A stretch of 64,000 nt of DNA from a virus: IMG/VR virus record IMGVR_UViG_3300036774_000066, positions 32,001 through 96,000 of that record; one strand, 5' to 3'. The translations under genes were made by a program, and so were the position numbers. The notes below the pieces were generated by a model, which searched no databases, was not told where the DNA came from, and saw only the letters and a program-made list of their open reading frames with translations. Shown one piece after another: positions 17,872-27,105 of the stretch (positions are counted from its first letter, which is position 1; every line of letters begins with the position of its first letter).

Positions 17872-18546
17872 CTACTCAACCTTTGTCAAGGTATAGTCAA
17901 ACTTCCCATAGATACCAGAATTATGCCACTGACCAAAACCCTTGACATCGCGTGAATAGTCAAAAAGAAGACGCAGAATTTCCTCCGTTGCACAAAACTT
18001 CGGAATCTCATAGCAAGTAACCTGACACTCAAAAAAAGCACCCGCTTCAATCATCTCACTCCGAGCCAAGGAAACTCGTGGACCTTGCTTAGTCATAGCA
18101 CGAAGAGGACGCTCCAAAAATCCGATAGGTTTATCTGTAATCAAACGGATTCTGTGAGGATTGACAGCAACAGACTTGTCAATATTGGAGCGAAAGTTAG
18201 AAAGAGTCTCGTCAACCTCTTCTTCCTTCTTCATTTTCTTCTTGCCCGTAACAAAACCATTTAATGCCTCCGCTGACGCTTTCAAAACCCCCTTGACAAC
18301 ATAGCTGTAAAGAATGGGCATACCGTCAGTATCTCGATGAAAAACCGTTGTACCTTTCTCAACCTCTTCAGGGAGAGTACCCGTTTCTTCGATAATCGCA
18401 CTCGCCAAGGCAGGATTTTTCTCGATTGCCTTCTTCGTCAAGAACTCACTCGCCGGAGTATCCTTACCAGGAAGACTCCCCAAGATCGGCTCTACAAACA
18501 TCACTTTCAAATTGTACACACTACGGGCAAGAACAAGACCAGACAT
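17872..18546 (-). CDS. stand-alone Cas7/Csm3-like RAMP protein (Vipr-like)
   Basis: YNLKVMFVEPILGS (RAMP beta1), HRDTDGMPILYSYVVKGVLK (cf. Csm3 P.IPGSSLKG), SEMIEAGAFF (cf. E.VPAG..F), C-terminal Gly-rich loop KGFGQWHNSGIYGKF. Confidence 0.8.
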   Translation of the reverse strand: MSGLVLARSVYNLKVMFVEPILGSLPGKDTPASEFLTKKAIEKNPALASAIIEETGTLPEEVEKGTTVFHRDTDGMPILYSYVVKGVLKASAEALNGFVTGKKKMKKEEEVDETLSNFRSNIDKSVAVNPHRIRLITDKPIGFLERPLRAMTKQGPRVSLARSEMIEAGAFFECQVTCYEIPKFCATEEILRLLFDYSRDVKGFGQWHNSGIYGKFDYTLTKVE

Positions 18547-18581
18547 AACACACCCCTTTTGTTAGTAGTTAAAGCATCCTG

Positions 18582-18920
18582 TCAATCATCATCACAGTTC
18601 TTATCAGGATCAAGAATAGGTTCTACATCCCCCTCAAGGAAAATCTTTGTCTTCCCATTCTCAGCGTAAGGAGAGAAATTCATTAACTCGTCAAGGTCTT
18701 CCCTCGTTATATGTCTCTTTACGTAGAGCAACGAAACCAGCTTGGCACAAACCTTTCTTAATTCATTCAATTCCGATCTTAAAGACTCTATCTCTCCACT
18801 ACCAAAATCCATCCCCCTCATCACTCTATCAATATGCTCTTCAATAGGAGCAATATCAGTGACGTTAGTAAAGTACCCACGGGAAGTCTTAACAAGAACT
18901 TTGCGCCCGTTACATTCCAT
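18582..18920 (-). CDS. hypothetical protein
   Basis: ORF with GAGG RBS. Confidence 0.55.
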   Translation of the reverse strand: MECNGRKVLVKTSRGYFTNVTDIAPIEEHIDRVMRGMDFGSGEIESLRSELNELRKVCAKLVSLLYVKRHITREDLDELMNFSPYAENGKTKIFLEGDVEPILDPDKNCDDD

Positions 18921-19122
18921 AAGCTACCTCTTTTTGAGGATTCAGTAAACCACGCTTCTTGACTTCATCACATACCGCCCGAAAATACTTCTTCTCCTCC
19001 CCTTTCAATCCCTCTTCATTCCGTCCAATCCGTATCCAAATAATCATCTCATTAAGCAATACGTCATTACTCATCTCTTCTACAGGAATTGGAAGAATAT
19101 TCACCCCAACACCTTCACTCAT
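18910..19122 (-). CDS. hypothetical protein
   Basis: ORF overlapping neighbours. Confidence 0.5.
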   Translation of the reverse strand: MSEGVGVNILPIPVEEMSNDVLLNEMIIWIRIGRNEEGLKGEEKKYFRAVCDEVKKRGLLNPQKEVAYGM

Positions 19123-19319
19123 TCAGGCACCTCAGCCGTATCTGTCAACTGAGCACATACTATCTTAAAGCATTCATCACAAACTATGTCACACTGCGAC
19201 ACAGGAACACCAGGAAATAAGGCTTCCTTCTCCTCCAATGCCACTTCTTCGGAAACCTCTTTTTCAAAGATACCTCCACACATCGCACACTGAAATTCAT
19301 TGTCCTTCAAGTCCGGCAT
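19119..19319 (-). CDS. small Zn-ribbon protein
   Basis: FQCAMCGG...VCDECF. Confidence 0.55.
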   Translation of the reverse strand: MPDLKDNEFQCAMCGGIFEKEVSEEVALEEKEALFPGVPVSQCDIVCDECFKIVCAQLTDTAEVPE

Positions 19320-19332
19320 ACTCTTTCCCTCT

Positions 19333-19653
19333 TTACATTTTAGGACGCAAGAAATAAATCATGCCAACATCAGCAGCAAAGACATTTACTTGTCGTTTAA
19401 TAGCAGAATCACCAAAGAAATCAATCAAGTCACAACGCAAAGGAAACCCGTTGAACGATACCATAACCGACTTAGTATCCTTTACAAACTGCTCACACTC
19501 CTGCAAGTCACCGTCTATCCTATCCTCTGAAATACCTCTACCAAACAATGACCGAAAAGAAGGTATGTCACCCTCTTTCTTATTAACTGCAAGAGCATCT
19601 ATCCAATATTTTGTGCCTAATCTTTTATCTACTAATTGCTGAATATCTGGCAT
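19333..19653 (-). CDS. hypothetical protein
   Basis: start moved to MPDI (19653) to remove overlap with upstream gene. Confidence 0.5.
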   Translation of the reverse strand: MPDIQQLVDKRLGTKYWIDALAVNKKEGDIPSFRSLFGRGISEDRIDGDLQECEQFVKDTKSVMVSFNGFPLRCDLIDFFGDSAIKRQVNVFAADVGMIYFLRPKM

Positions 19654-19658
19654 ACTCT

Positions 19659-19925
19659 TTACTCCATGTAAACAAACATCTTCTCCCGATTCATTGACTT
19701 CCACGTATATGTAAGAACTTTCAATTCCGGGCAATCCCTCACAATCTTTTCCAATTCATCAGGCTTCACCGCTGGCACCACGTTCTCCGATACCATCAAC
19801 GCTATCTGAAATACCAAATCCGTAAACTTCAAACCACCAGAAAAATCCTCCACGATCCTCATGATCGCAGTTTTTATCTGGGCTATCCTATCCTGATCCC
19901 TGTCATCATGTAATACGTCGGACAT
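19659..19925 (-). CDS. hypothetical protein
   Basis: start moved to MSDV (19925), AGGAG RBS. Confidence 0.5.
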   Translation of the reverse strand: MSDVLHDDRDQDRIAQIKTAIMRIVEDFSGGLKFTDLVFQIALMVSENVVPAVKPDELEKIVRDCPELKVLTYTWKSMNREKMFVYME

Positions 19926-19936
19926 ACCAAAACTCC

Positions 19937-20131
19937 TTAGACTGTTGCTATGTGATCGCTGGTAAGCACTGTAACACCGTCCTTTAGCACCTGAGTACGC
20001 TTTGCCACCTCTGCCTCTTCTAACCACCTCTCAACCTCATCTAACTCCCTACGGGCCTCCTCTGCATCAAGCCCACCCGCGTTAGTCATGTACAAAACCC
20101 TCTCCACAACCAACTTTGCTTTTTCAAACAT
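19937..20131 (-). CDS. hypothetical protein
   Basis: ORF in operon. Confidence 0.45.
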   Translation of the reverse strand: MFEKAKLVVERVLYMTNAGGLDAEEARRELDEVERWLEEAEVAKRTQVLKDGVTVLTSDHIATV

Positions 20132-20146
20132 AGCAGTAAATCCCTT

Positions 20147-23100
20147 CTACACGATCCAGAGTCTCCCGAAATGCTCCTCTTTGCCTTCCTTGTCATCATA
20201 TTTAATCCCGTCGAACCACCGCAAACCGTAGTAATCCGTGCCTTCCCCGTCATCTTTACTTAGCATAATACTAAATGGCAATTGTGTAAACTTATCAGGT
20301 GGACCGTCAAGATTGATTAAGTCCCAAGGAATCTCTACGGAATAGGTAGTAACATAACTGTCCTTTTCACGGGTTATCAACCCTGTAAACTTGGACCCCT
20401 TTGAACTATACTCCCCAACAGGGTAATCCTTCTCGTTTGCCGTCTTGCAAAGACCCATAATCATCTGTCCATCATCAGAACGTAAGGCCATACCAATCAC
20501 CGCCGCCTTCCCACCAGGACTCATTACACCAATCTTCAATCCATCCTCACAATGTATCCGGTCCATTGTCCTCTGAAAAGCCCGGTGTATAGGGTGAACT
20601 GCAATCACCTTTACAATTAAGAATTTGTCATTGTACCACGCCCTCCATGCTGCTCTCAAAGTATGCTGAATATCCTCTGCCTTCTTCTTCAAAGTCTCAG
20701 GAAATACAGCGTAAGGAAATTCACCCATACTATACAAAGGAGAAGGCTCCCTCGAAGCACAAGCAAAACTCGCCATGAGGCTTCTCTTGATCGAAATATT
20801 ATCATCCGGTGAAGAAACATCAACAGAAATTTCACCTACTGTAAAATTGACAACACCAAAAGGTATGCTGACAATGTGAGTCTCGTGTCCACCAAAAAAT
20901 TCTTGTCTGTTAATAAGAAACCCATTCCCAGACAACGCTATGTTAATAGTCCTTGTATGATTCGCGTTACTGGCAATAGTAACAACTACCTCTTTCCCAT
21001 TTTGTATAGAAAGTTCTATCTTTCTTACCTCTAACAATTCTCCTACGTGAACAGGTACACACATCCATCCTATTCCGTTATGTAAAACAACAGAGTAATC
21101 TCCAGCAACCGTTCCTTCACGGGTAACAACTTCTATCCAACTATCCTTCAAAGTAACTTCGAGTTCTCTTCTTAATACCGACCAACCCTTCCCTATAACG
21201 GTAGAAAATTTTTGTCCTGCTGCCTGTGGTGGAATAGCTATCGAAGGCTGTACCTCTCCATCACAAAATCTCTTGTCTACCTCTTCCTCCCAAGTCAACT
21301 TACTGTTCCATCCAAAAATCCTTGTTGCAATACCGTGTGAATCTTTCCAAATCTGAATACCAGAAAAAGGACTCAGCCATACAGTACGAGATAAACTCCA
21401 ACCTTTCAAAGGGAAATTCACCAATCCAATCAATTCCTGCACGTCAACCAACTCAAAGGGTGTATGCCACTGGTAAAAATCCACATCTTCCAAAGCAATT
21501 CTCTCGCTCAATTCCCTCGGAGTACCTAAGTCAAAAATGGCAGAAACTACCATGCAAGAATTTAAGTCATTCCCACTCTTTGACCAATCAAGCAACTCTA
21601 CATCTCTGTCTCCACTGCCAGACAATCCTAACTTCCTTCCCGTAATAGAGTTTTCCCAAAGTAAACCAACATCAGACGAGTTCTCTAAATAAATCAACAC
21701 TGCCTTTCCATGATTCCAAAAAACATTATTATCACTCCAATTATCCTCACAGCGGGGCATTTCTGGCATTCGAGAAATCCCACCCTTACTGTTATTCACG
21801 AAGAAATTGTTGTAGATTTTATTGCCAGAAGTAGTAGTGTGGACACCAAGATACTTATACCTATGAAGTAAAGCACGTATCTTTACCCCGTACTGTGTTC
21901 CCTTTACAAAATTGCGAAAGAAGTGAGCATTGTTTCCATCATGTGTGTAAAATCCACACTCAGCAGCATCGCTTCCCTCTCTGGTATCAATGATTGTATT
22001 ACTGTCAATCATGACAGGACCATCAGACATTTCATGGAAAATGCCGTATGGCTTGCTGTCAACTATTAAGTTCTGTGTGATCCTGTCTCTTGCACAATCC
22101 CCATCCAGCCATATACCATAACAACACCGCTCAATCTTGTTTTTCTTTATCAAGCTATCATCAACAGCATGAAACTTAATACCACACTCCTCACACGTAC
22201 CTACCACCCCAGGCTTTATACAATTGTCAACAATTTCATTATACTCAATACCTAAGTCATGCGAATAAAATGCCACAATGCCCGAGATTCCATTATCATG
22301 AATCTTGTTTCCTCTCACCGTATGAAATCCCCCCACGGAATGTTCTTTTATCCACTTCACAAAGGCATATATGTAAGGCTCCCCGTACTCTCCCAAATCA
22401 AGCATAGATATATCTTTATTTACAATGGGAATATTCATCGCACTCTTCGCAAATCCACCCATTCCCAAATTAAGTCCTTGTGCATTACCGTAAGATATTT
22501 CACAGTTTTCAATGGTAAAGTTAGCTCCTGCGTTCACATCAACTACGGACAACTGATTGACAGAATGCCACGTCGGTCCTGCCCAAATCGGGGCACAGCC
22601 GCCAACAAACCTAATTCCAGAAACCTTGATATTTTCCAAGCCCCTGACAATAGGCACAAAACACTGCTGCCTTACTGACCTTTCAACTTTACACCTACCC
22701 GGATGATCTGGTAAACAAACATAAATGCGAGAATTATCTTCATCCACCCACATTGAGTACAGACACAACTTCTCCTTCTCTTTTACTTCTGTCAACAAAA
22801 CACTGTTGACAAAAATCTGCTCACATCCCACATTCGGAGTAATACGTACATAGTAGATATTACTTTCATCACGAAACCACTCAGAACTCCATTCGTCCAT
22901 TGCGCACACTACCGGGGGAACTTCATCTTGTGCTGCCTCAATAGAAATTTCAGAACAATATGGCTTTATACACTCTCTGTAAACCCCTTCATGAATTATT
23001 ATCCTATCGCCAGGAAGAGCACTCTCCACAGCACACCGAACAGTCTTTACAGGTGACTGAAAAGAGCCGATGTTCTTATCGCTCCCTCGCATACTTGACA

Positions 23101-23266
23101 CATGAAAAGCAATAGAAGTATGCTTTTGTTTTGTTGCAGAGGCCCAAGCAGCATAGCCTCTAATCAATTCATCGTCAGAAGATTCAATCACAGAAGATAA
23201 ACTAAAGGAAGGATGGGCCTTCCCCTGTCCTATCAATGTCAACATTCTAAGATCGGGTGTTATCAT
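20147..23266 (-). CDS. right-handed parallel beta-helix (pectin-lyase-like, GH120/DUF1565-like N-terminus) protein with C-terminal CBM9-like domain
   Basis: GSDKNIGSFQSPVKT...ALPGDRIIIHEGVYRE; PbH1 repeats (GIKFH, GIWLD, GIFHE, NNFFVNN); C-terminal AWYNDKFL...YSVEIPW...PFSIMLSKDDG. Confidence 0.75.
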   Translation of the reverse strand: MITPDLRMLTLIGQGKAHPSFSLSSVIESSDDELIRGYAAWASATKQKHTSIAFHVSSMRGSDKNIGSFQSPVKTVRCAVESALPGDRIIIHEGVYRECIKPYCSEISIEAAQDEVPPVVCAMDEWSSEWFRDESNIYYVRITPNVGCEQIFVNSVLLTEVKEKEKLCLYSMWVDEDNSRIYVCLPDHPGRCKVERSVRQQCFVPIVRGLENIKVSGIRFVGGCAPIWAGPTWHSVNQLSVVDVNAGANFTIENCEISYGNAQGLNLGMGGFAKSAMNIPIVNKDISMLDLGEYGEPYIYAFVKWIKEHSVGGFHTVRGNKIHDNGISGIVAFYSHDLGIEYNEIVDNCIKPGVVGTCEECGIKFHAVDDSLIKKNKIERCCYGIWLDGDCARDRITQNLIVDSKPYGIFHEMSDGPVMIDSNTIIDTREGSDAAECGFYTHDGNNAHFFRNFVKGTQYGVKIRALLHRYKYLGVHTTTSGNKIYNNFFVNNSKGGISRMPEMPRCEDNWSDNNVFWNHGKAVLIYLENSSDVGLLWENSITGRKLGLSGSGDRDVELLDWSKSGNDLNSCMVVSAIFDLGTPRELSERIALEDVDFYQWHTPFELVDVQELIGLVNFPLKGWSLSRTVWLSPFSGIQIWKDSHGIATRIFGWNSKLTWEEEVDKRFCDGEVQPSIAIPPQAAGQKFSTVIGKGWSVLRRELEVTLKDSWIEVVTREGTVAGDYSVVLHNGIGWMCVPVHVGELLEVRKIELSIQNGKEVVVTIASNANHTRTINIALSGNGFLINRQEFFGGHETHIVSIPFGVVNFTVGEISVDVSSPDDNISIKRSLMASFACASREPSPLYSMGEFPYAVFPETLKKKAEDIQHTLRAAWRAWYNDKFLIVKVIAVHPIHRAFQRTMDRIHCEDGLKIGVMSPGGKAAVIGMALRSDDGQMIMGLCKTANEKDYPVGEYSSKGSKFTGLITREKDSYVTTYSVEIPWDLINLDGPPDKFTQLPFSIMLSKDDGEGTDYYGLRWFDGIKYDDKEGKEEHFGRLWIV

Positions 23267-23838
23267 ACTGCCAATGGGTCATCCTCTCCTATTTCGGTAG
23301 ACATTTCAGGAACTATGTGAACATAGTCTGAAAATATTTCATCAATAATATTCTTTGTACTCTTCATGTCTTTCCAAACCTGCAACTCAGTCACTCGATT
23401 ATTACACTCTTTCGCGTCGTCGGGGTACTTATTATCCTTTGGCAATACTCCACACCCCAAAGAATCTAAGACTTTCCTCATAATACTCGCCGCATTATCC
23501 TCTGGTCCTATATTGACAACATGCTCATCTGGATTCAAAACAAACTCAGGAAACACTCTCTTTGCAAAGACAGGAGTTCCGTTACACAACTTTCTAAGAT
23601 AATAGTAATCCTTCATCATCCTGAAAAAATCAGCTTCCCGAACAGCAACGGGCTTCATGGAAAAGTCAAGTTCACTCACCATGTTCTGTATCAATGCCAA
23701 GTAAAGAAGATCACCAATTTCCGGCTTACCATAAAGTGTCTTTACAAGAAGCATCTTTTCATCAGCAACAACAGACACGTACTTCATGTCATACGAGAAA
23801 AATCTCTTCTTAAACAAAGCAACATCATTCATAGTCAC
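23263..23838 (-). CDS. hypothetical protein
   Basis: ORF with 4-nt overlaps on both sides. Confidence 0.55.
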   Translation of the reverse strand: MTMNDVALFKKRFFSYDMKYVSVVADEKMLLVKTLYGKPEIGDLLYLALIQNMVSELDFSMKPVAVREADFFRMMKDYYYLRKLCNGTPVFAKRVFPEFVLNPDEHVVNIGPEDNAASIMRKVLDSLGCGVLPKDNKYPDDAKECNNRVTELQVWKDMKSTKNIIDEIFSDYVHIVPEMSTEIGEDDPLAV

Positions 23839-24941
23839 CTTGCCATTCTATTTCTATCAACCAAAGAAGCAGTGTTTTGTGATGATCCACTCAAAACCGC
23901 TGCCCCACTTCGGAACTGATTGTAAATCAACCACAGCAAGGCTTGAACTGTCGTATCGTTCTTGAAAGAATTTACCGCCCAATCCTGCATCAGCATCATA
24001 AACAGCTTGAAAGAATCCTGACCCCACAACTCAATTGTTTTCTTGTAAAGATCCACAAAGTAACTTGAACTTGTCTTATTGGAAGAAATACTATAAATCA
24101 GATTATTCACAACAAGGTACATATCATTGCGAATTGACTCTATGACACACGAAGCCAAAGCAAATACTCTCTCTGTAACAGTCTTTTCATCCGCTGACTT
24201 CACCGCAATCAAATATTCAAGAACTTTACTTTCAGCAGACCTAATTGAGGCTACAAACTTCGACTTATCCTCCATCATCGCATAAAGGTCAAGCATCATC
24301 ACGGAATCCCGTACATGACCCTTTGACGTAATCGCTATGTAATACAAAATCTCCTCTGGTATCTCTAAATTCTCTGACTTTGCAATTCTCCTTAGATTCT
24401 CTATTATCTCCTCAATTGACAAAGTACGAAACACCAACTCAATTGACCGAGAACGAATTGTACTCTCTATACTCTCCACACTGGTAGAACAAAAAACAAT
24501 AAACATATTCTCAGGTATTGCTTCCAATGTTGTCAATAACTGCCCTTGGGCTTGCTTGGAAATCAAGTGACACTCATCAAAAACAACTACACGCCAATCA
24601 CAGACTGTAGAGGCTGTAAAGAAAATACCCTTCATTTCCTTGATAGCATCCACATTGCCAACATCACCCGAATCAAACTCCTGATAAAAAGGCACAAAGG
24701 ATAAGTCTGACTTGCATACGTCACAAACACCACAAGGCTTTTTCTCAATATGAGACTTACAATTCAACCCTCGCGCCAACAAACGAGCACTGGTAGTCTT
24801 ACCTGTGCCCCAATCACCACACATAATTATTGACCGGGGAGAATTAGTAGGATTCTTAATAATCGACTTCAATACTTCGGCGGGAGCCTCTTGACCGTAA
24901 AGCTGTTCAAACGTGCGAGAACGATACTCTTGTGTAAACAC
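23835..24941 (-). CDS. dnaX: DNA polymerase III gamma/tau-like clamp loader subunit
   Basis: YRSRTFEQLYGQE, Walker A GDWGTGKTT, Zn motif LNC...PCGVCDVC, Walker B VFDECH, TIRSR, GHVRDS. Confidence 0.9.
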   Translation of the reverse strand: MFTQEYRSRTFEQLYGQEAPAEVLKSIIKNPTNSPRSIIMCGDWGTGKTTSARLLARGLNCKSHIEKKPCGVCDVCKSDLSFVPFYQEFDSGDVGNVDAIKEMKGIFFTASTVCDWRVVVFDECHLISKQAQGQLLTTLEAIPENMFIVFCSTSVESIESTIRSRSIELVFRTLSIEEIIENLRRIAKSENLEIPEEILYYIAITSKGHVRDSVMMLDLYAMMEDKSKFVASIRSAESKVLEYLIAVKSADEKTVTERVFALASCVIESIRNDMYLVVNNLIYSISSNKTSSSYFVDLYKKTIELWGQDSFKLFMMLMQDWAVNSFKNDTTVQALLWLIYNQFRSGAAVLSGSSQNTASLVDRNRMAR

Positions 24942-25267
24942 TATTGAAGTCTCCCTGTCAAGAAATTACTCTTTCTCCATCCTGCCTCTGATTTCCAACG
25001 AGTAAAGAAAACCACAAGATTAGCCTCCGACTTATACTTTACATAGTAGATTTTAATGTCACTCTGTCCTTTGTACTTTACAAAATGCCATACAGCGTCC
25101 TTACCTTGGACTTCTCTTTTCATTTCTGAAACGTACACAACCAAATCAGCCCCGGTAATATCGTCTGTAACATATACCAAGGCCACAGCTTCCGACTTGT
25201 ATTTACAGCAGTAAACATTCCCCGCAAAGGAAACACTGCACAAAAGAAGAACAAGAAGCGGCTTCAT
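24941..25267 (-). CDS. secreted DUF6150-like repeat protein
   Basis: signal peptide; repeats KYKSEA/ADLVVY/WHFVKYKGQSDIKIYYVKYKSEA...AGW. Confidence 0.6.
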   Translation of the reverse strand: MKPLLVLLLCSVSFAGNVYCCKYKSEAVALVYVTDDITGADLVVYVSEMKREVQGKDAVWHFVKYKGQSDIKIYYVKYKSEANLVVFFTRWKSEAGWRKSNFLTGRLQ

Positions 25268-25276
25268 AAACCACCC

Positions 25277-25591
25277 CTATAGTTTCCTTCCACACTCCGG
25301 GCAATACTTAAAATTCCATCTCTTTGACACAGAAACCCAACCACAATTGCTATCACACAACTCGCATTTAGGAATTACTTCATCTTTCGGTATCTTCTGC
25401 CCTTGAATATCCCTATCATTGACCCGTGCAATAGTAGCTATTCCATTCTCCTCACTCACAATGAAGGTCAACTTCACTTCATCCGCGCAATGAGAAAACA
25501 TATCCAAAGCAGAACCAGAAAGTCCGATTTTCTCTCCTACTTCGTAAACCGACTCGTCGCTCCCATGTACGTAGACATCTGCAAGTATCAT
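25277..25591 (-). CDS. hypothetical protein with C-terminal Zn ribbon
   Basis: CELCD...YCPECGRKL. Confidence 0.55.
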   Translation of the reverse strand: MILADVYVHGSDESVYEVGEKIGLSGSALDMFSHCADEVKLTFIVSEENGIATIARVNDRDIQGQKIPKDEVIPKCELCDSNCGWVSVSKRWNFKYCPECGRKL

Positions 25592-26007
25592 ACAACACCC
25601 TTCGGTGGAATTATTACAAAAGAGACAATCTCAATTTCTTGGAACTTCCCGCCCTCCCTCTTACCTCCAATAGCGCGAAAAGCACAACTCAACTTCTGAT
25701 CCTTAGAAAGTAAAGAAGAAACCAACCTTCCCATTGTAGTATCCAGAATTTCCATCCTCAAAGAGAAATCATCTCTAATCTCCTCAATCAACCCGGCTGC
25801 ATTTTTCAGGTCCATATCTCCCACAAAGCATACCGAGGAAAGCATCTCCTCTTTTATACGCTCCATAAACCGTTTTACAGCAGACCTAAGAACCTCCCCC
25901 GAAATAGGATACGGATTATCAATCTTTAGCTCTACATACCTCTTCGTTCCTTTGGAACTAATAGAATCTCGAATACCCTGCAAATCACTGAGAACATGAG
26001 CCATCAA
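25588..26007 (-). CDS. degenerate T4 gp21-like prohead protease homolog
   Basis: EILDTTMGRLVSSLL...LSCAFRAIG resembles ILDTPMG.I...L..G..LGVSSRG.G; catalytic His/Ser positions not conserved. Confidence 0.4.
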   Translation of the reverse strand: MMAHVLSDLQGIRDSISSKGTKRYVELKIDNPYPISGEVLRSAVKRFMERIKEEMLSSVCFVGDMDLKNAAGLIEEIRDDFSLRMEILDTTMGRLVSSLLSKDQKLSCAFRAIGGKREGGKFQEIEIVSFVIIPPKGVV

Positions 26008-26828
26008 TCTACCTCCACGTCCCTTTCAGAGGCAAGCTCCACTTCTTCATCTCTCTCCTCTACTTCTTCACTTGCCTTTATTACCTTACCCCACTGCGCT
26101 ACCTCTGCATCATCCTTCTCCTTTACACCACAATCCCTTTTTATGGAAAGTAGTTTTCTCTTAGCAGGCATCAAGGCATCGGCACATTTTTTCAAAAGAA
26201 CTCCCTCATTATCACTTACCCCATTCAAAGTCATCTCGAACTCTGCCACTTTCTTATTTCGACAAGGTATACAATTCCCGCACTCCCGCATAACACCGTC
26301 AGGGGTTTCACAGGTCCAACAAAATCTCTCCAAACCTAACCTACGAATCTCTTGTATGACTACATACTTTTTCATCCCCTGTAAAGGGAACTCGAAAGAA
26401 ACTTCTTTATGCATAGATTCTGCAATGTATCTTCGCACATAGTCAAACGTATGCCACGTCTGCCAATAATCATCACCCTTATGAAATCCAAAAAGGATTG
26501 TAGAGTCTTCAGGGGCAAGGTAAGCACAAAGAGGAACAAATAAAGCGGCCTGCATCGACCCATCACCGCCAGGATTTATCTCGTGCTTAAAATCAATAGA
26601 CTTATTTACAATTGTTACTTTCAACTCAGACTTAACAAACTCTGTAAACGCTTCTCGGCAAAGCCTCTCACTTTCCATTTTCTTTTCATCCAACCTATCC
26701 CACCTCAATGACCACGTTGAAACTACCTCTGTACGGTCATCCTTTGCTCTCTGCGCTTCCTTCCAGACCAAAAGAGTGCTATCATATCCCCCGGACCAAA
26801 ACACAATCCTACCCTTATGCATAATCAT
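26004..26828 (-). CDS. QueC-like (7-cyano-7-deazaguanine synthase family) PP-loop ATPase
   Basis: VFWSGGYDST PP-loop; C-terminal CWTC...CGNCIPC Zn site. Confidence 0.75.
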   Translation of the reverse strand: MIMHKGRIVFWSGGYDSTLLVWKEAQRAKDDRTEVVSTWSLRWDRLDEKKMESERLCREAFTEFVKSELKVTIVNKSIDFKHEINPGGDGSMQAALFVPLCAYLAPEDSTILFGFHKGDDYWQTWHTFDYVRRYIAESMHKEVSFEFPLQGMKKYVVIQEIRRLGLERFCWTCETPDGVMRECGNCIPCRNKKVAEFEMTLNGVSDNEGVLLKKCADALMPAKRKLLSIKRDCGVKEKDDAEVAQWGKVIKASEEVEERDEEVELASERDVEVD

Positions 26829-27046
26829 CCTTTCTTAACAGGATTCATGTGGACATTTACGTGTCCACCCTTACAGTCAATCTCACATCTTTGCGTAACT
26901 ATACCAGAATCATCCACTGCCTCTATTACAACCTTCTCTGCCTTTCCTGCATAGCAAATTGAATCATCTTTCTCTGATTCGTAAAGAATAATCTGCATTG
27001 ACACACTCTCTAAATTGCCAATACAAGGGGCTGGTATCGGTAACAC
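26825..27046 (-). CDS. hypothetical protein
   Basis: ORF in operon. Confidence 0.4.
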   Translation of the reverse strand: MLPIPAPCIGNLESVSMQIILYESEKDDSICYAGKAEKVVIEAVDDSGIVTQRCEIDCKGGHVNVHMNPVKKG

Positions 27047-27105
27047 CTCACGCGCAAAGTGTTACGGGTTGTTTCAACCAAAAGCCCCCTGCATGGCATC
27101 ATTAC

